Both the position numbers and the translations under genes were made by a program. Positions 8,084-16,656 of a stretch of 54,143 bases of DNA are shown here, one piece after another. The first letter of the stretch is position 1, and the number at the start of each line of letters is the position of its first letter. Origin of the DNA: Acidimicrobiales bacterium (lineage in GTDB: Bacteria; Actinomycetota; Acidimicrobiia; Acidimicrobiales; VFJN01); assembly GCA_035708905.1 (NCBI GenBank), contig DASTFE010000176.1, positions 1 to 54,143 of the forward strand, in the 5' to 3' direction. The notes beneath the pieces were generated by a model that saw only the letters and a list, made by a program, of their open reading frames with translations, was not told the DNA's origin and did not search any database.

Positions 8084-8555
8084 CGCGCCGACCTTCGCCG
8101 CTGCGGTCACCTGCATCGACGGGCGGGTGCACCCGCCCCTCACCGAGTGGGTGCGCGACCGCTTCGGGGTCGACCACGTCGACCTGCTCACCCAGCCCGG
8201 CCCCGACCTGGCGCTGTGCTGCGGCGACGACGCCGCCGTCGCGCACCTGCGCGACCACCTCGGCGTGTCCACGCGCGCCCACCGGCCCGGCGCGCTCGTC
8301 GTGGCCGGGCACGCCGACTGCGCCGCCAACCCGGTGTCCGAGGCAGAGCACCGCCGCCACCTGCACCTGGCACTGGCGCGGGCGCGGGCGTGGGTGCCGG
8401 AGGGCCTGCCGGTCGTCGGCGTGTGGGTCGACCACGACGGTCGCGTGGCCGAGATCGACCCCGGCACGCTCCCGGCCTACGAGGCGAGCACGTCGTCGCC
8501 CGGCGCCGGCCGGGTGGCGCCGCCGGCTCCGGACCACGTGGCCACGAACGCGTAG
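8073..8555 (+). CDS. Small beta-carbonic-anhydrase-like protein (CxDxR...HxxC).
   Basis: TCIDGRVH and VAGHADCAAN supply the Cys/Asp/Arg and His/Cys zinc-site signature. The ATG overlaps the SulP 3' end by 11 nt. At ~160 aa it is shorter than typical beta-CAs. Confidence 0.5.
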   Translation: MSSDAPTFAAAVTCIDGRVHPPLTEWVRDRFGVDHVDLLTQPGPDLALCCGDDAAVAHLRDHLGVSTRAHRPGALVVAGHADCAANPVSEAEHRRHLHLALARARAWVPEGLPVVGVWVDHDGRVAEIDPGTLPAYEASTSSPGAGRVAPPAPDHVATNA

Positions 8556-9223
8556 CGGTCGCCCCGCACGGTCGTCTCGCGCCACTCGACCGGCTCGTCG
8601 GCGGTGTAGCTGAGCCGTTCCATGACGAACACCGCCTGGTCGGGGCCGACGCCGAGCAGCGTCCGAGCCCGGCCGTCGGGCACCGCGGCCCGCACCCGCT
8701 CGCGCCCGCTCGTCGGCCGCACCCCGCACCGGTCGGCCAGCTCGTCGTAGAGCGCCGTGTGGGTGAAGTCCGCGTCGAGGAGCGGCCGGGCGAGGGTGGC
8801 CGGCAGCCACACGGTGTCGTGGGCCAGTGGCTCGTCGTCGGCGAGGCGCAGGCGCTCGAGGCGGATCAGGGGCGTGCGCGCCGGCCGCCGGAGCCGCTCG
8901 CTCACCGTGCCGTCGGTGACCTCGGAGAGGTCGAGCACCCGGCTGCGCTGCTCGTAGCCGAGCGACTCGACCGAGCGGAACAGGCTGTAGGCCACGCCGA
9001 CGCCCCACGAGCGCTCGATGGCGGGCGCGGTCACGAAGGTGCCCCGGCCCCGCTCGCGGCTGACCAGGCCCTCGTCCTGCAGCCGGCGGACCGCCTCGCG
9101 CGCGGTGTGCCGCGAGACCCCGTACTCGTCCATCAGCACGGCGTCGGTCGGGAAGCCCGCCGCGAACTCGCCGCTGCCGAGGCGGCCCCGCAGGTCGTCG
9201 AGGAGCTGGGCCCACAGCGGCAT
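8477..9223 (-). CDS. GntR-family (HutC/UTRA-type) transcriptional regulator.
   Basis: ORF 8477..10342(-) is trimmed to the ATG at 9223. MPLWAQLLDDLRGRLGSGEF..FPTDAVLMDEYGVSRHTAREAVRRLQDEGLVSRERGRGTFV, followed by a UTRA-like C-terminal domain. Confidence 0.85.
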   Translation of the reverse strand: MPLWAQLLDDLRGRLGSGEFAAGFPTDAVLMDEYGVSRHTAREAVRRLQDEGLVSRERGRGTFVTAPAIERSWGVGVAYSLFRSVESLGYEQRSRVLDLSEVTDGTVSERLRRPARTPLIRLERLRLADDEPLAHDTVWLPATLARPLLDADFTHTALYDELADRCGVRPTSGRERVRAAVPDGRARTLLGVGPDQAVFVMERLSYTADEPVEWRETTVRGDRYAFVATWSGAGGATRPAPGDDVLAS

Positions 9224-9273
9224 GGGGCTCGACCGGTCTATGCCACGCACAAGCCCCAATGTACGGACATCGG

Positions 9274-10767
9274 CTACGGCGGCGGGAAGATCCCCTGGCC
9301 CGGGGTCAGCACCCCGTCGGGGTCGAACCGGCGCTTGGCCCGCGCGAACGCGTCCCAGCGGCCGCCGAAGTGGTGCCGCCAGTCGGCTGCCGTCATGTCG
9401 GGCACGGCGCCGATGACGTAGCGCGTGCCCCCGCTGGCGACGGCCTCGTCGTAGAAGGCGCGGTTCTGCGCCAGCAGCCCGGTGATGTCGGGGTAGCCGG
9501 GGAACGGGAAGCGCAGCAGGTTGAGCTGGAAGGCCACCGGCTCGTCGGGCACGGCGAACAGGGGCCGGGTGATCGTGGTGGTGTCGACCGGGTACAGGCT
9601 CACGGGCCCGACCCCCATCTGGTCGGGCGTGAGCTGCGCCAGCAGCGACTCGACGACCCCGGCCGTGGCCGAGCCCGGCAGGAACAACGAGAGCCACGGC
9701 TTGGGCTGATCCCAGAAGCCGCCGGCCACGAGCTGGGCCACGAGCGGGTCGAGCCGGAAGGCCCAGTCGAGGTAGGGCTGGTCGACGACGACCGCCGCGG
9801 CGCGGTCGTCGAACAGGCCGGCCAGCAGCGCGTCCCGGTCGGGCTCGGCGGGCGGCGTGTAGTAGGTGGCGACCTCCATCATGAAGCGCCAGCCCCTCCC
9901 GTCCTGGCGGGGCTCGAGGTGCCCCTCCTGGTAGCTGAACCGGCCGTCCTGCATGACCGTGACCTGGTCGGCGAGGTAGGTCGCCAGGTCGTCGTAGACC
10001 AGGTTGAACACGAGCGCGTGCGTCTCGGCGGGGACCAGGCGCACCTTGGCCCGCACGATGAGCCCGCACTGACCGGCCCCGGCCAGCACGGCGTCGAACA
10101 GGTCGGGACGGCGGGCCCGTGAGCACGTGACGAGCTGCCCCCGGCCGGTGACCACCTGCAGCTCGACGACGTTGTCGGCCTGGGTACCGGCCCGCTGCAT
10201 CGTGCCCCCGGTGCCGCCCACGCTGAGCGTGCCGCCGACGGACAGGTGCAGGAAGTCGGTGAGCACCGGCGGGGTGCGGCCGTCCGCGGCCGCGGCGCCG
10301 ACGAGCTCGGCCCAGGTGACGCCCGCGTCGACGTCGGCCCACGTCTCACCGATGTGGTGGATCGTGGCCAGCGACCGGGCGTCGACCGCGATGCCGCCCG
10401 GCGCCGTGGCCTGGCCGTAGTTGGAGTGCGACTCGCGCACGTCCGGCGGGCCGCCCTGGCCGTTCACCGCGATGGCGAGGTCGTTGCGGCGGGCGTAGCC
10501 CACCATCTTCACCACGTCCCTGACCGACCCCGGCCGCAGCACCGCCCACGGCGACGCCGAGACCAGCCGACCGAAGTCGCCGGCGAAGGCGGCCAGCGTG
10601 TCGGGGTCCGTCGCCAGCACACCGTCGAGGCGCGGCACCGGGCGGGTGCCCGGCCGGCCGGCCTCGGCCGCCGTCACCCACCCGCCGCGCAGCGGGTTCC
10701 ACCCCACCACCGCGGCGCCCGCCGCCAACCCCTGGAGCACCTTCCGGCGCGACAGCTCCGTCCGCAT
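9274..10767 (-). CDS. Tat-exported FAD-linked oxidase of the cytokinin oxidase/dehydrogenase (CKX)-like family.
   Basis: Twin-arginine signal MRTELSRRKVLQGLAAGAAVVG. PCMH-type FAD domain. CKX-like motifs PKPWLSLFLPGS and a C-terminal FDPDGVLTPGQGIF. Confidence 0.8.
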   Translation of the reverse strand: MRTELSRRKVLQGLAAGAAVVGWNPLRGGWVTAAEAGRPGTRPVPRLDGVLATDPDTLAAFAGDFGRLVSASPWAVLRPGSVRDVVKMVGYARRNDLAIAVNGQGGPPDVRESHSNYGQATAPGGIAVDARSLATIHHIGETWADVDAGVTWAELVGAAAADGRTPPVLTDFLHLSVGGTLSVGGTGGTMQRAGTQADNVVELQVVTGRGQLVTCSRARRPDLFDAVLAGAGQCGLIVRAKVRLVPAETHALVFNLVYDDLATYLADQVTVMQDGRFSYQEGHLEPRQDGRGWRFMMEVATYYTPPAEPDRDALLAGLFDDRAAAVVVDQPYLDWAFRLDPLVAQLVAGGFWDQPKPWLSLFLPGSATAGVVESLLAQLTPDQMGVGPVSLYPVDTTTITRPLFAVPDEPVAFQLNLLRFPFPGYPDITGLLAQNRAFYDEAVASGGTRYVIGAVPDMTAADWRHHFGGRWDAFARAKRRFDPDGVLTPGQGIFPPP

Positions 10768-10918
10768 CCCGGTAGTTGTAGCTCACCGCGTGCGGGCCTG
10801 CGCACGCATCGACGTGCCCGTCGCCGCTCACCGGACACATCGGGGGCGGCCTGGCTCAGTTCCTTCTCGGTGGCTGCGGGACCTGATCCATCATGGAGTC
10901 GCCACGGAGGGGCCGGCC

Positions 10919-12409
10919 GTGGATGTCCGCCACACAGTGAGGAACGCCGTGGAACCGATCGTCGAGACCGATGCCGGTCGGGTGCGGGGGATCGCCGACG
11001 AGGGCGGTGCCGCGTTCCTCGGCATCCCGTTCGCCGCGCCGCCGGTGGGGCGGCACCGGCTGGCCGCGCCCGCTCCGGTCGAGCCCTGGTCGGGGGTGCG
11101 CGACGCCCGCGAGCACGGGCCGACGGCGGTGCAGCCCGAGCAGGGCTTTACGCTGATCCCCGAGCCGGTCGTCCCCGGCGACGACTGCCTCAACCTCAAC
11201 GTGTTCACCCCCGACCCGGGCGCCGGCGGGCTGCCGGTGCTGGTGTGGATCCACGGCGGCGGGTTCGTGTCAGGGTGCAACCGCAGCCCCTGGTACCGGG
11301 GCTCGCGCTTCGCCCGAGACGGCGTCGTCGTGGTGGCGGTCAACTACCGCCTCGGCGTCGAGGGGTTCGCCGCCGTCGAGGGCGCGCCCCCCAACCGGGG
11401 CGTGCTCGACTGGCTGGCGGCGCTGGCGTGGGTGCAGCGCAACATCGCCGCGTTCGGCGGCGACCCGGCCCGTGTCACGGTGGGCGGCCAGTCCGCGGGG
11501 GCGGCGGCCGCGGTGACGCTCCTGACCATGCCCCGGGCCGGTGGCCTGTTCGACAGGGTGCTGGCGATGAGCGGCACGGCCGTGCTGTCCCGCAGCTACG
11601 ACGAGGCGCTGGACGACACCCGGCGCGTGGCCGCAGAGCTGGGTGTGCCGGCGACGCGCGACGGGCTGGCCGGGGTGCAGGCCGCGCAGGTGATGACCAC
11701 CGAGCGCCGGCTGGCCACCGAGCGTCGCGGGACGGCGGGCGGGCTGGCGGGCGGCGTGGCCGCGGGGCCGCTCGTCGACGGCGACCTGATCCCCGAGCGG
11801 CCGCTCGACGCCCTCGCCCACGGGGTGGGGGCCGACCGGGCACTGCTGCTGGGCACGACCGCGGAGGAGGTGAACCCGGCGCTCGCCCTCGCCGCCGACC
11901 GCGTCGACGAGGCGCGCCTGCGCCGCCGCCTGGCACGCATGGGGCTGGGCGACGGCGCGGCGCGGTCCTACCGCGACGACCTGCCCGCCGGCGCCGCCCC
12001 GTGGCAGGTGCTGGCCGCCGCCGTCACCGACCAGATCTTCCGGCTGCCGGCGGCCCGGACAGCCGACGCCCGGGCGGGGGCGGCAGCCGGCACCTTCGCC
12101 TACGAGTTCCGGTGGCGGTCGCCGGCCCTGGGCGGCGTGGGGGCCGCCCACTGCGTCGACCTGCCCTTCGCCTGGGACCTGCTCGACGCCGACCACGTCC
12201 CCGCGGTGCTGGGCGAGGCCCCGCCCGGGGCGCTCGCCGAGCGGATGCACCGCCACTGGGTCGACTTCGTCACGGCCGGCGACCCGGGCTGGCCGGCGTA
12301 CGAGCCGGGGTCGCGGCGGGTCATGGCCCTCGACGACGAGAGCGAGGTGCTCGAGGACCCCCTGGCGGCGCGGCGCGCCATCTGGGACGGCGTCGACGGC
12401 GCCGGGTGA
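10919..12409 (+). CDS. Type-B carboxylesterase/lipase family protein.
   Basis: IVETDAGRVRG...FLGIPFAAPPVG..RL..P, VLVWIHGGGFVSG and the nucleophile elbow GGQSAGAA. GTG at 10919 has GGAGG 8 nt upstream; GTG at 10937 is an alternative start. Confidence 0.85.
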   Translation: MDVRHTVRNAVEPIVETDAGRVRGIADEGGAAFLGIPFAAPPVGRHRLAAPAPVEPWSGVRDAREHGPTAVQPEQGFTLIPEPVVPGDDCLNLNVFTPDPGAGGLPVLVWIHGGGFVSGCNRSPWYRGSRFARDGVVVVAVNYRLGVEGFAAVEGAPPNRGVLDWLAALAWVQRNIAAFGGDPARVTVGGQSAGAAAAVTLLTMPRAGGLFDRVLAMSGTAVLSRSYDEALDDTRRVAAELGVPATRDGLAGVQAAQVMTTERRLATERRGTAGGLAGGVAAGPLVDGDLIPERPLDALAHGVGADRALLLGTTAEEVNPALALAADRVDEARLRRRLARMGLGDGAARSYRDDLPAGAAPWQVLAAAVTDQIFRLPAARTADARAGAAAGTFAYEFRWRSPALGGVGAAHCVDLPFAWDLLDADHVPAVLGEAPPGALAERMHRHWVDFVTAGDPGWPAYEPGSRRVMALDDESEVLEDPLAARRAIWDGVDGAG

Positions 12410-12450
12410 CCGGTGTGCCCGCCGGCCGGGGGCGGGGCATCATCGGACCC

Positions 12451-15033
12451 ATGGCCACGACGCTCACCGACCACCTGCCCGACCCGGGGGCGGCGGCGGG
12501 CGCCGACGCCGTGCTCGACGGGTTCACGACCTGGGTCGCCGCCCGCGGCCTGACGCTGTACCCGGCGCAGGAGGAGGCGGTGCTCGAGATCTGCTCGGGC
12601 GCCAACGTCGTGCTGGCCACGCCCACGGGCTCGGGGAAGTCGCTCGTGGCGCTGGCCGCCCACGCCGCCGCCATGGCCGAGGGGCGCCGCTCGTTCTACA
12701 CCGCGCCGATCAAGGCGCTCGTGTCGGAGAAGTTCTTCGACCTCTGCCACGAGCTGGGGTCCGACAACGTGGGCATGCTCACCGGCGACGCCGCGGTCAA
12801 CCCCGGCGCCCCGGTGATCTGCTGCACCGCGGAGATCCTGGCCAACCTGGCCCTGCGCGGCGGCGAGCGGGCCGACGTCGGCCAGGTGGTGATGGACGAG
12901 TTCCACTTCTACGCCGACCCTGACCGGGGCTGGGCGTGGCAGGTGCCGCTGCTCACGCTGCCGCAGGCCCAGTTCGTGCTCATGTCCGCCACGCTGGGCG
13001 ACACCCGGCGCTTCGAGGCCGAGCTGACCGGGCGCACGGGCCGCCCCACCACGCTCGTCACCAGCGTCACCCGCCCGGTCCCGCTCGAGTACGAGTACCG
13101 CTCGACCGCCCTGCACGAGACCATCGCCACGCTGCTGGCCACCGACCGGGCGCCGGTCTACGTGGTGCACTTCACCCAGCAGGCGGCGGTCGAGCGGGCA
13201 CAGTCGCTGATGAGCGTGAACGTGTGCACGCGGGCCGAGAAGGACGCCATCGCCGCGGCCATCGGCGAGTTCCGCTTCGGCCCCGGGTTCGGCCGCTCGC
13301 TGTCGCGGCTCGTGCGCCACGGCCTCGGCGTGCACCACGCGGGCATGCTGCCCAAGTACCGCCGCCTGGTCGAGCGCCTGGCCCAGGAGGGGCACCTCAA
13401 GGTGATCTGCGGCACCGACACGCTGGGGGTCGGCATCAACGTCCCGATCCGCACGGTGCTGTTCACCCAGCTGTGCAAATTCGACGGCAGCACGTCGCGG
13501 CTGCTGTCGGCACGCGAGTTCCACCAGATCGCCGGCCGGGCGGGCCGGGCGGGGTTCGACACGGTGGGCTACGCCTGGGCCCAGGCCCCCGACCACGTGA
13601 TCGAGAACGAGAAGGCGCTGGCCAAGGCCGGCGACGACCCCCGCCGGCGGCGCAAGGTGGTGCGCCGCAAGCCGCCCGGTCGCGGGTTCGTGCCCTGGAA
13701 CGAGGAGACGTTCGCCCGGCTGGCCGCCGCGCCGCCCGAGCCGCTGACGTCGAGCTTCGCCGTGTCGCACGCCATGTTGCTCAACGTGCTCGACCGCCCC
13801 GGCGACGGCTGCGGGGCGATGCGGTCGCTGCTGGTCGGCAACCACGATCCCCGGCCCGCACAGCGCCGCCACATCCGCCGTGCCATCGCCATCTACCGCT
13901 CGCTGCTGGGCGCGGGCGTGATCGAGCGGCTCGACGAGCCCGACGAGGACGACCGCCTGGTGCGGGTGACCGTCGACCTCCAGATCGACTTCGCGCTCAA
14001 CCAGCCGCTGTCGCCCTTCGTGCTCGAAGCGGTGAGCCACCTCGACCCGGCCTCGCCCGACTACCCCCTCGACGTGCTGTCCGTCGTCGAGTCGGTGCTC
14101 GAGAACCCGACCGTGGTGCTCAACGCCCAGCTCGACCGGCTGCGGTCCGAGACGATCGCCCGGCTCAAGCGCGAGGGCGTCGAGTACGAGGAGCGCATGG
14201 CCGAGCTCGACAAGCTCGAGCACCCCAAGCCGCTGCGCGACGTCACCTACGAGCTGTTCAACGCCTACGCCGCCCGGCACCCGTGGGTGGTCGACCACAC
14301 GATCCGGCCCAAGTCGGTGGCCCGCGACCTGTTCGAGCGGGCGATGACCTTCACCGACTACATCGGCCACTACGGGCTGGCCCGGTCCGAGGGCCTCGTG
14401 CTGCGCTACCTGACCGACGCCTACAAGGGCCTGGTGCAGAACGTGCCCGAGGACGCCAAGACCGACGCGCTGCTCGACCTGACCGAGTGGCTGGGCGAGC
14501 TGGTCCGACAGGTCGACTCCAGCCTGCTCGACGAGTGGGAGCAGCTCCGCCACCCGGACCCCGACGGCGGCCCCGCGGCCCGGGCCGAGGGCGGGATCGC
14601 CGACGCCGACCGACCGCACACGACGGCGGTGCCGCCACCGCCCCGGGGTGTCACGGCCAACGCGCGGGCCTTCCGGCTGATGGTGCGCAACGAGTTGTTC
14701 CTCTGGGTCGAGCTGCTGTCCCGGCGGGCGTACGCCGACCTGGCAGCCCGCCTGCCGGACCGGGAGTGGACGGCCGAGGCGCTGGCCGACGGGATGGCGC
14801 CCTACTGGGCCGAGCACGACGCGGTCGGCATCGGGCCCGGCGCCCGCAGCGGTGCGCTGCTCCAGGTGGTCGAGTCGCCGGACGGGTGGGTGGTGCGCCA
14901 GGCGCTCGACGACCCGGCGGGACACCGGGACTGGGCGGTCGAGGCCCGCGTCGACCTGGCGGCCTCCGACGACGAGGGCGGGCCCGTCATCTCGCTGCTG
15001 TCGATCGGGCCCGACGTGCCCGCCTCGGCGTGA
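12451..15033 (+). CDS. DEAD/DEAH-box (Ski2-like) helicase with a long C-terminal DUF3516-type extension.
   Basis: ATPTGSGKS (motif I), MDEFH (motif II), SAT, HHAGMLP and QIAGRAGR (motif VI). ATG at 12451. The upstream 2.2 kb of the 1595-aa track ORF is off-frame readthrough. Confidence 0.9.
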   Translation: MATTLTDHLPDPGAAAGADAVLDGFTTWVAARGLTLYPAQEEAVLEICSGANVVLATPTGSGKSLVALAAHAAAMAEGRRSFYTAPIKALVSEKFFDLCHELGSDNVGMLTGDAAVNPGAPVICCTAEILANLALRGGERADVGQVVMDEFHFYADPDRGWAWQVPLLTLPQAQFVLMSATLGDTRRFEAELTGRTGRPTTLVTSVTRPVPLEYEYRSTALHETIATLLATDRAPVYVVHFTQQAAVERAQSLMSVNVCTRAEKDAIAAAIGEFRFGPGFGRSLSRLVRHGLGVHHAGMLPKYRRLVERLAQEGHLKVICGTDTLGVGINVPIRTVLFTQLCKFDGSTSRLLSAREFHQIAGRAGRAGFDTVGYAWAQAPDHVIENEKALAKAGDDPRRRRKVVRRKPPGRGFVPWNEETFARLAAAPPEPLTSSFAVSHAMLLNVLDRPGDGCGAMRSLLVGNHDPRPAQRRHIRRAIAIYRSLLGAGVIERLDEPDEDDRLVRVTVDLQIDFALNQPLSPFVLEAVSHLDPASPDYPLDVLSVVESVLENPTVVLNAQLDRLRSETIARLKREGVEYEERMAELDKLEHPKPLRDVTYELFNAYAARHPWVVDHTIRPKSVARDLFERAMTFTDYIGHYGLARSEGLVLRYLTDAYKGLVQNVPEDAKTDALLDLTEWLGELVRQVDSSLLDEWEQLRHPDPDGGPAARAEGGIADADRPHTTAVPPPPRGVTANARAFRLMVRNELFLWVELLSRRAYADLAARLPDREWTAEALADGMAPYWAEHDAVGIGPGARSGALLQVVESPDGWVVRQALDDPAGHRDWAVEARVDLAASDDEGGPVISLLSIGPDVPASA

Positions 15034-15061
15034 CGGGGCCGGCGCCCGGGCCGGGAGCGGC

Positions 15062-16537
15062 TCACGCCGTGGTGCGGGCGTCGGATCTGGCCGCGACGAG
15101 TTGGCGGCGGAGCGACGCGACGGTGTCGTCGCTCGTCCGGTAGCTGGTGATGCAGGCGCGGAGGGCTGGCCAGCCGTCGAGTGCGACCTGCGACAGCCAG
15201 GCGGTGCCGCCGGCGATCACGGCGTCGAGGATCGCGTGGAGGTGCGCCGACGACCGATCGGGCGCGACGGCGGGGTCGTCGAAGCAGACGATGGGCAGCG
15301 GGGTGTCGTTGCGCACCCGCCAGCCGTCGGCGCGCAACCCCGCGCGAAGCCGGTCGCCGAGGGCGACGTCGCGGTCGATCTGGGCGGCGACGCCCTCCCG
15401 CCCGCTGGCGGCGAGCGCGAGGAACACCTTGAGCCCCGTGCACCGCCGCGACCACTGCAGCCCGCTGAGGTAGGGGTCCACGGCGTCGCCGCTGGGCATG
15501 TAGCCGGCGTCGACGGCGAACGCCTGGCGGAGCGCGGCCGCGTGCGGGGTGAGCAGGACGCCGGCGCCCATGGGTGCCGACAGCCACTTGTGGGCGTCGA
15601 CGGTGACCGAGTCGGCCGCGGCGATGCCGTCGAGCAGGTGGCGGTGGCGGTCGGAGAGCGCGACGGCTCCGGCCCAGGCGGCATCGACGTGGAGGTGCAG
15701 GCGCTGCTCGGCGGTGAGCGCGGCCAGTGCGGCGAGGGGATCGATGGCGCCGCCGCTCGTGGTGCCCGCGGTGGCGACGACGAGGAAGGGCGCCGATCCG
15801 GCGGCGCGGTCGGCGGCGACCGTGCGCTCCAGCGCGCCGACGTCGAGCCGGTGGTTGCCGTCGACCGGGATGCTGCGCACGGCCGACGCGCCGAGGCCGA
15901 TCGCCCGGGCCAGCTTGGCGGTGCTGTGGTGCGCTTCGGTCGAGGCGTACAGCAGCGGACGGTGCGCGAGACCGTGCACGCCGTCGGCCGCCACCGAGGG
16001 GAAGGCGCGGTGCAGGCCGGTCAGCAGGCCGAGCAGGTTCGCCTCGCTGCCCCCGGACGCGAACTGGCCGACCGAGCCCGGCGGGAGGCCCATGCGGTCG
16101 ATCAGCAGGTCGGTGACGGCGCTCTCGATCGCGGCGGCGGCAGGCGCATGGGACCGCACCGCGAGCTGCGGGTTGAACGATGCGGCCAGTGCGTCACCGA
16201 TCACGCCCATGAACGTCGGGGCCGGGTTGAACAGCCCGAGGTAGCCCGGGTGCCCGGTGTGGACGATGCCGTCCCGGAGGATGGACTCGACGGCGCCCAC
16301 GAGCTCGACGGGATCGGTGCCGTGCTCGAGGTCGATGGCGCGCACGCGGGCCACCGCGCCGTCGACCACGTCGCCGGCGGGCACGACCGGCAGGTCGGCC
16401 ATGCCGTCGAAGTGGTCCGCCACTGTGCGGTGCAGCCGGTCGAGCACGGCGTCACGCTCGGCCGGATCGAGGTCGAGGCTCGTCGGCCGGGCCGGCGCCC
16501 ACGGGCGCCCCGCACCGGAGTCGTCGACGGAGGGCAT
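15062..16537 (-). CDS. PLP-dependent (group II-like) decarboxylase.
   Basis: Trimmed to the ATG at 16537 (MPSVDDSG...). SGGSEANLL, HVDAAWAG and the PLP-lysine motif VTVDAHKWL. Confidence 0.85.
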   Translation of the reverse strand: MPSVDDSGAGRPWAPARPTSLDLDPAERDAVLDRLHRTVADHFDGMADLPVVPAGDVVDGAVARVRAIDLEHGTDPVELVGAVESILRDGIVHTGHPGYLGLFNPAPTFMGVIGDALAASFNPQLAVRSHAPAAAAIESAVTDLLIDRMGLPPGSVGQFASGGSEANLLGLLTGLHRAFPSVAADGVHGLAHRPLLYASTEAHHSTAKLARAIGLGASAVRSIPVDGNHRLDVGALERTVAADRAAGSAPFLVVATAGTTSGGAIDPLAALAALTAEQRLHLHVDAAWAGAVALSDRHRHLLDGIAAADSVTVDAHKWLSAPMGAGVLLTPHAAALRQAFAVDAGYMPSGDAVDPYLSGLQWSRRCTGLKVFLALAASGREGVAAQIDRDVALGDRLRAGLRADGWRVRNDTPLPIVCFDDPAVAPDRSSAHLHAILDAVIAGGTAWLSQVALDGWPALRACITSYRTSDDTVASLRRQLVAARSDARTTA

Positions 16538-16656
16538 CGGCCCTCGACGGTAACGACGCGGTCCGTGACCCGCGCCGGCGCCGGCCCCGCTGGCAGGATC
16601 CGGTCGCCATCTGGCAGGGCCCACGTGGTCGGCCCGATGGCGCGGCCCGCAGTGCG

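Noticed and set aside
6400-8613. 737-aa (+) and 618-aa (-, 6611..8467) ORFs overlapping the SulP gene.
   Set aside because: The products are extremely Arg/Pro/Gly-rich. The SulP frame explains the region, with TM segments and a STAS domain.
10246-12450. N-terminal 735 aa of the 1595-aa track ORF 10246..15033.
   Set aside because: This part runs antisense or off-frame through the CKX-like and carboxylesterase genes and is Arg/Gly/Pro-rich. Helicase motifs begin only after the ATG at 12451.
12100-14925. 941-aa ORF antisense to the DEAD/DEAH helicase.
   Set aside because: It is a shadow ORF with no motifs, and the opposite strand has a complete helicase motif set.
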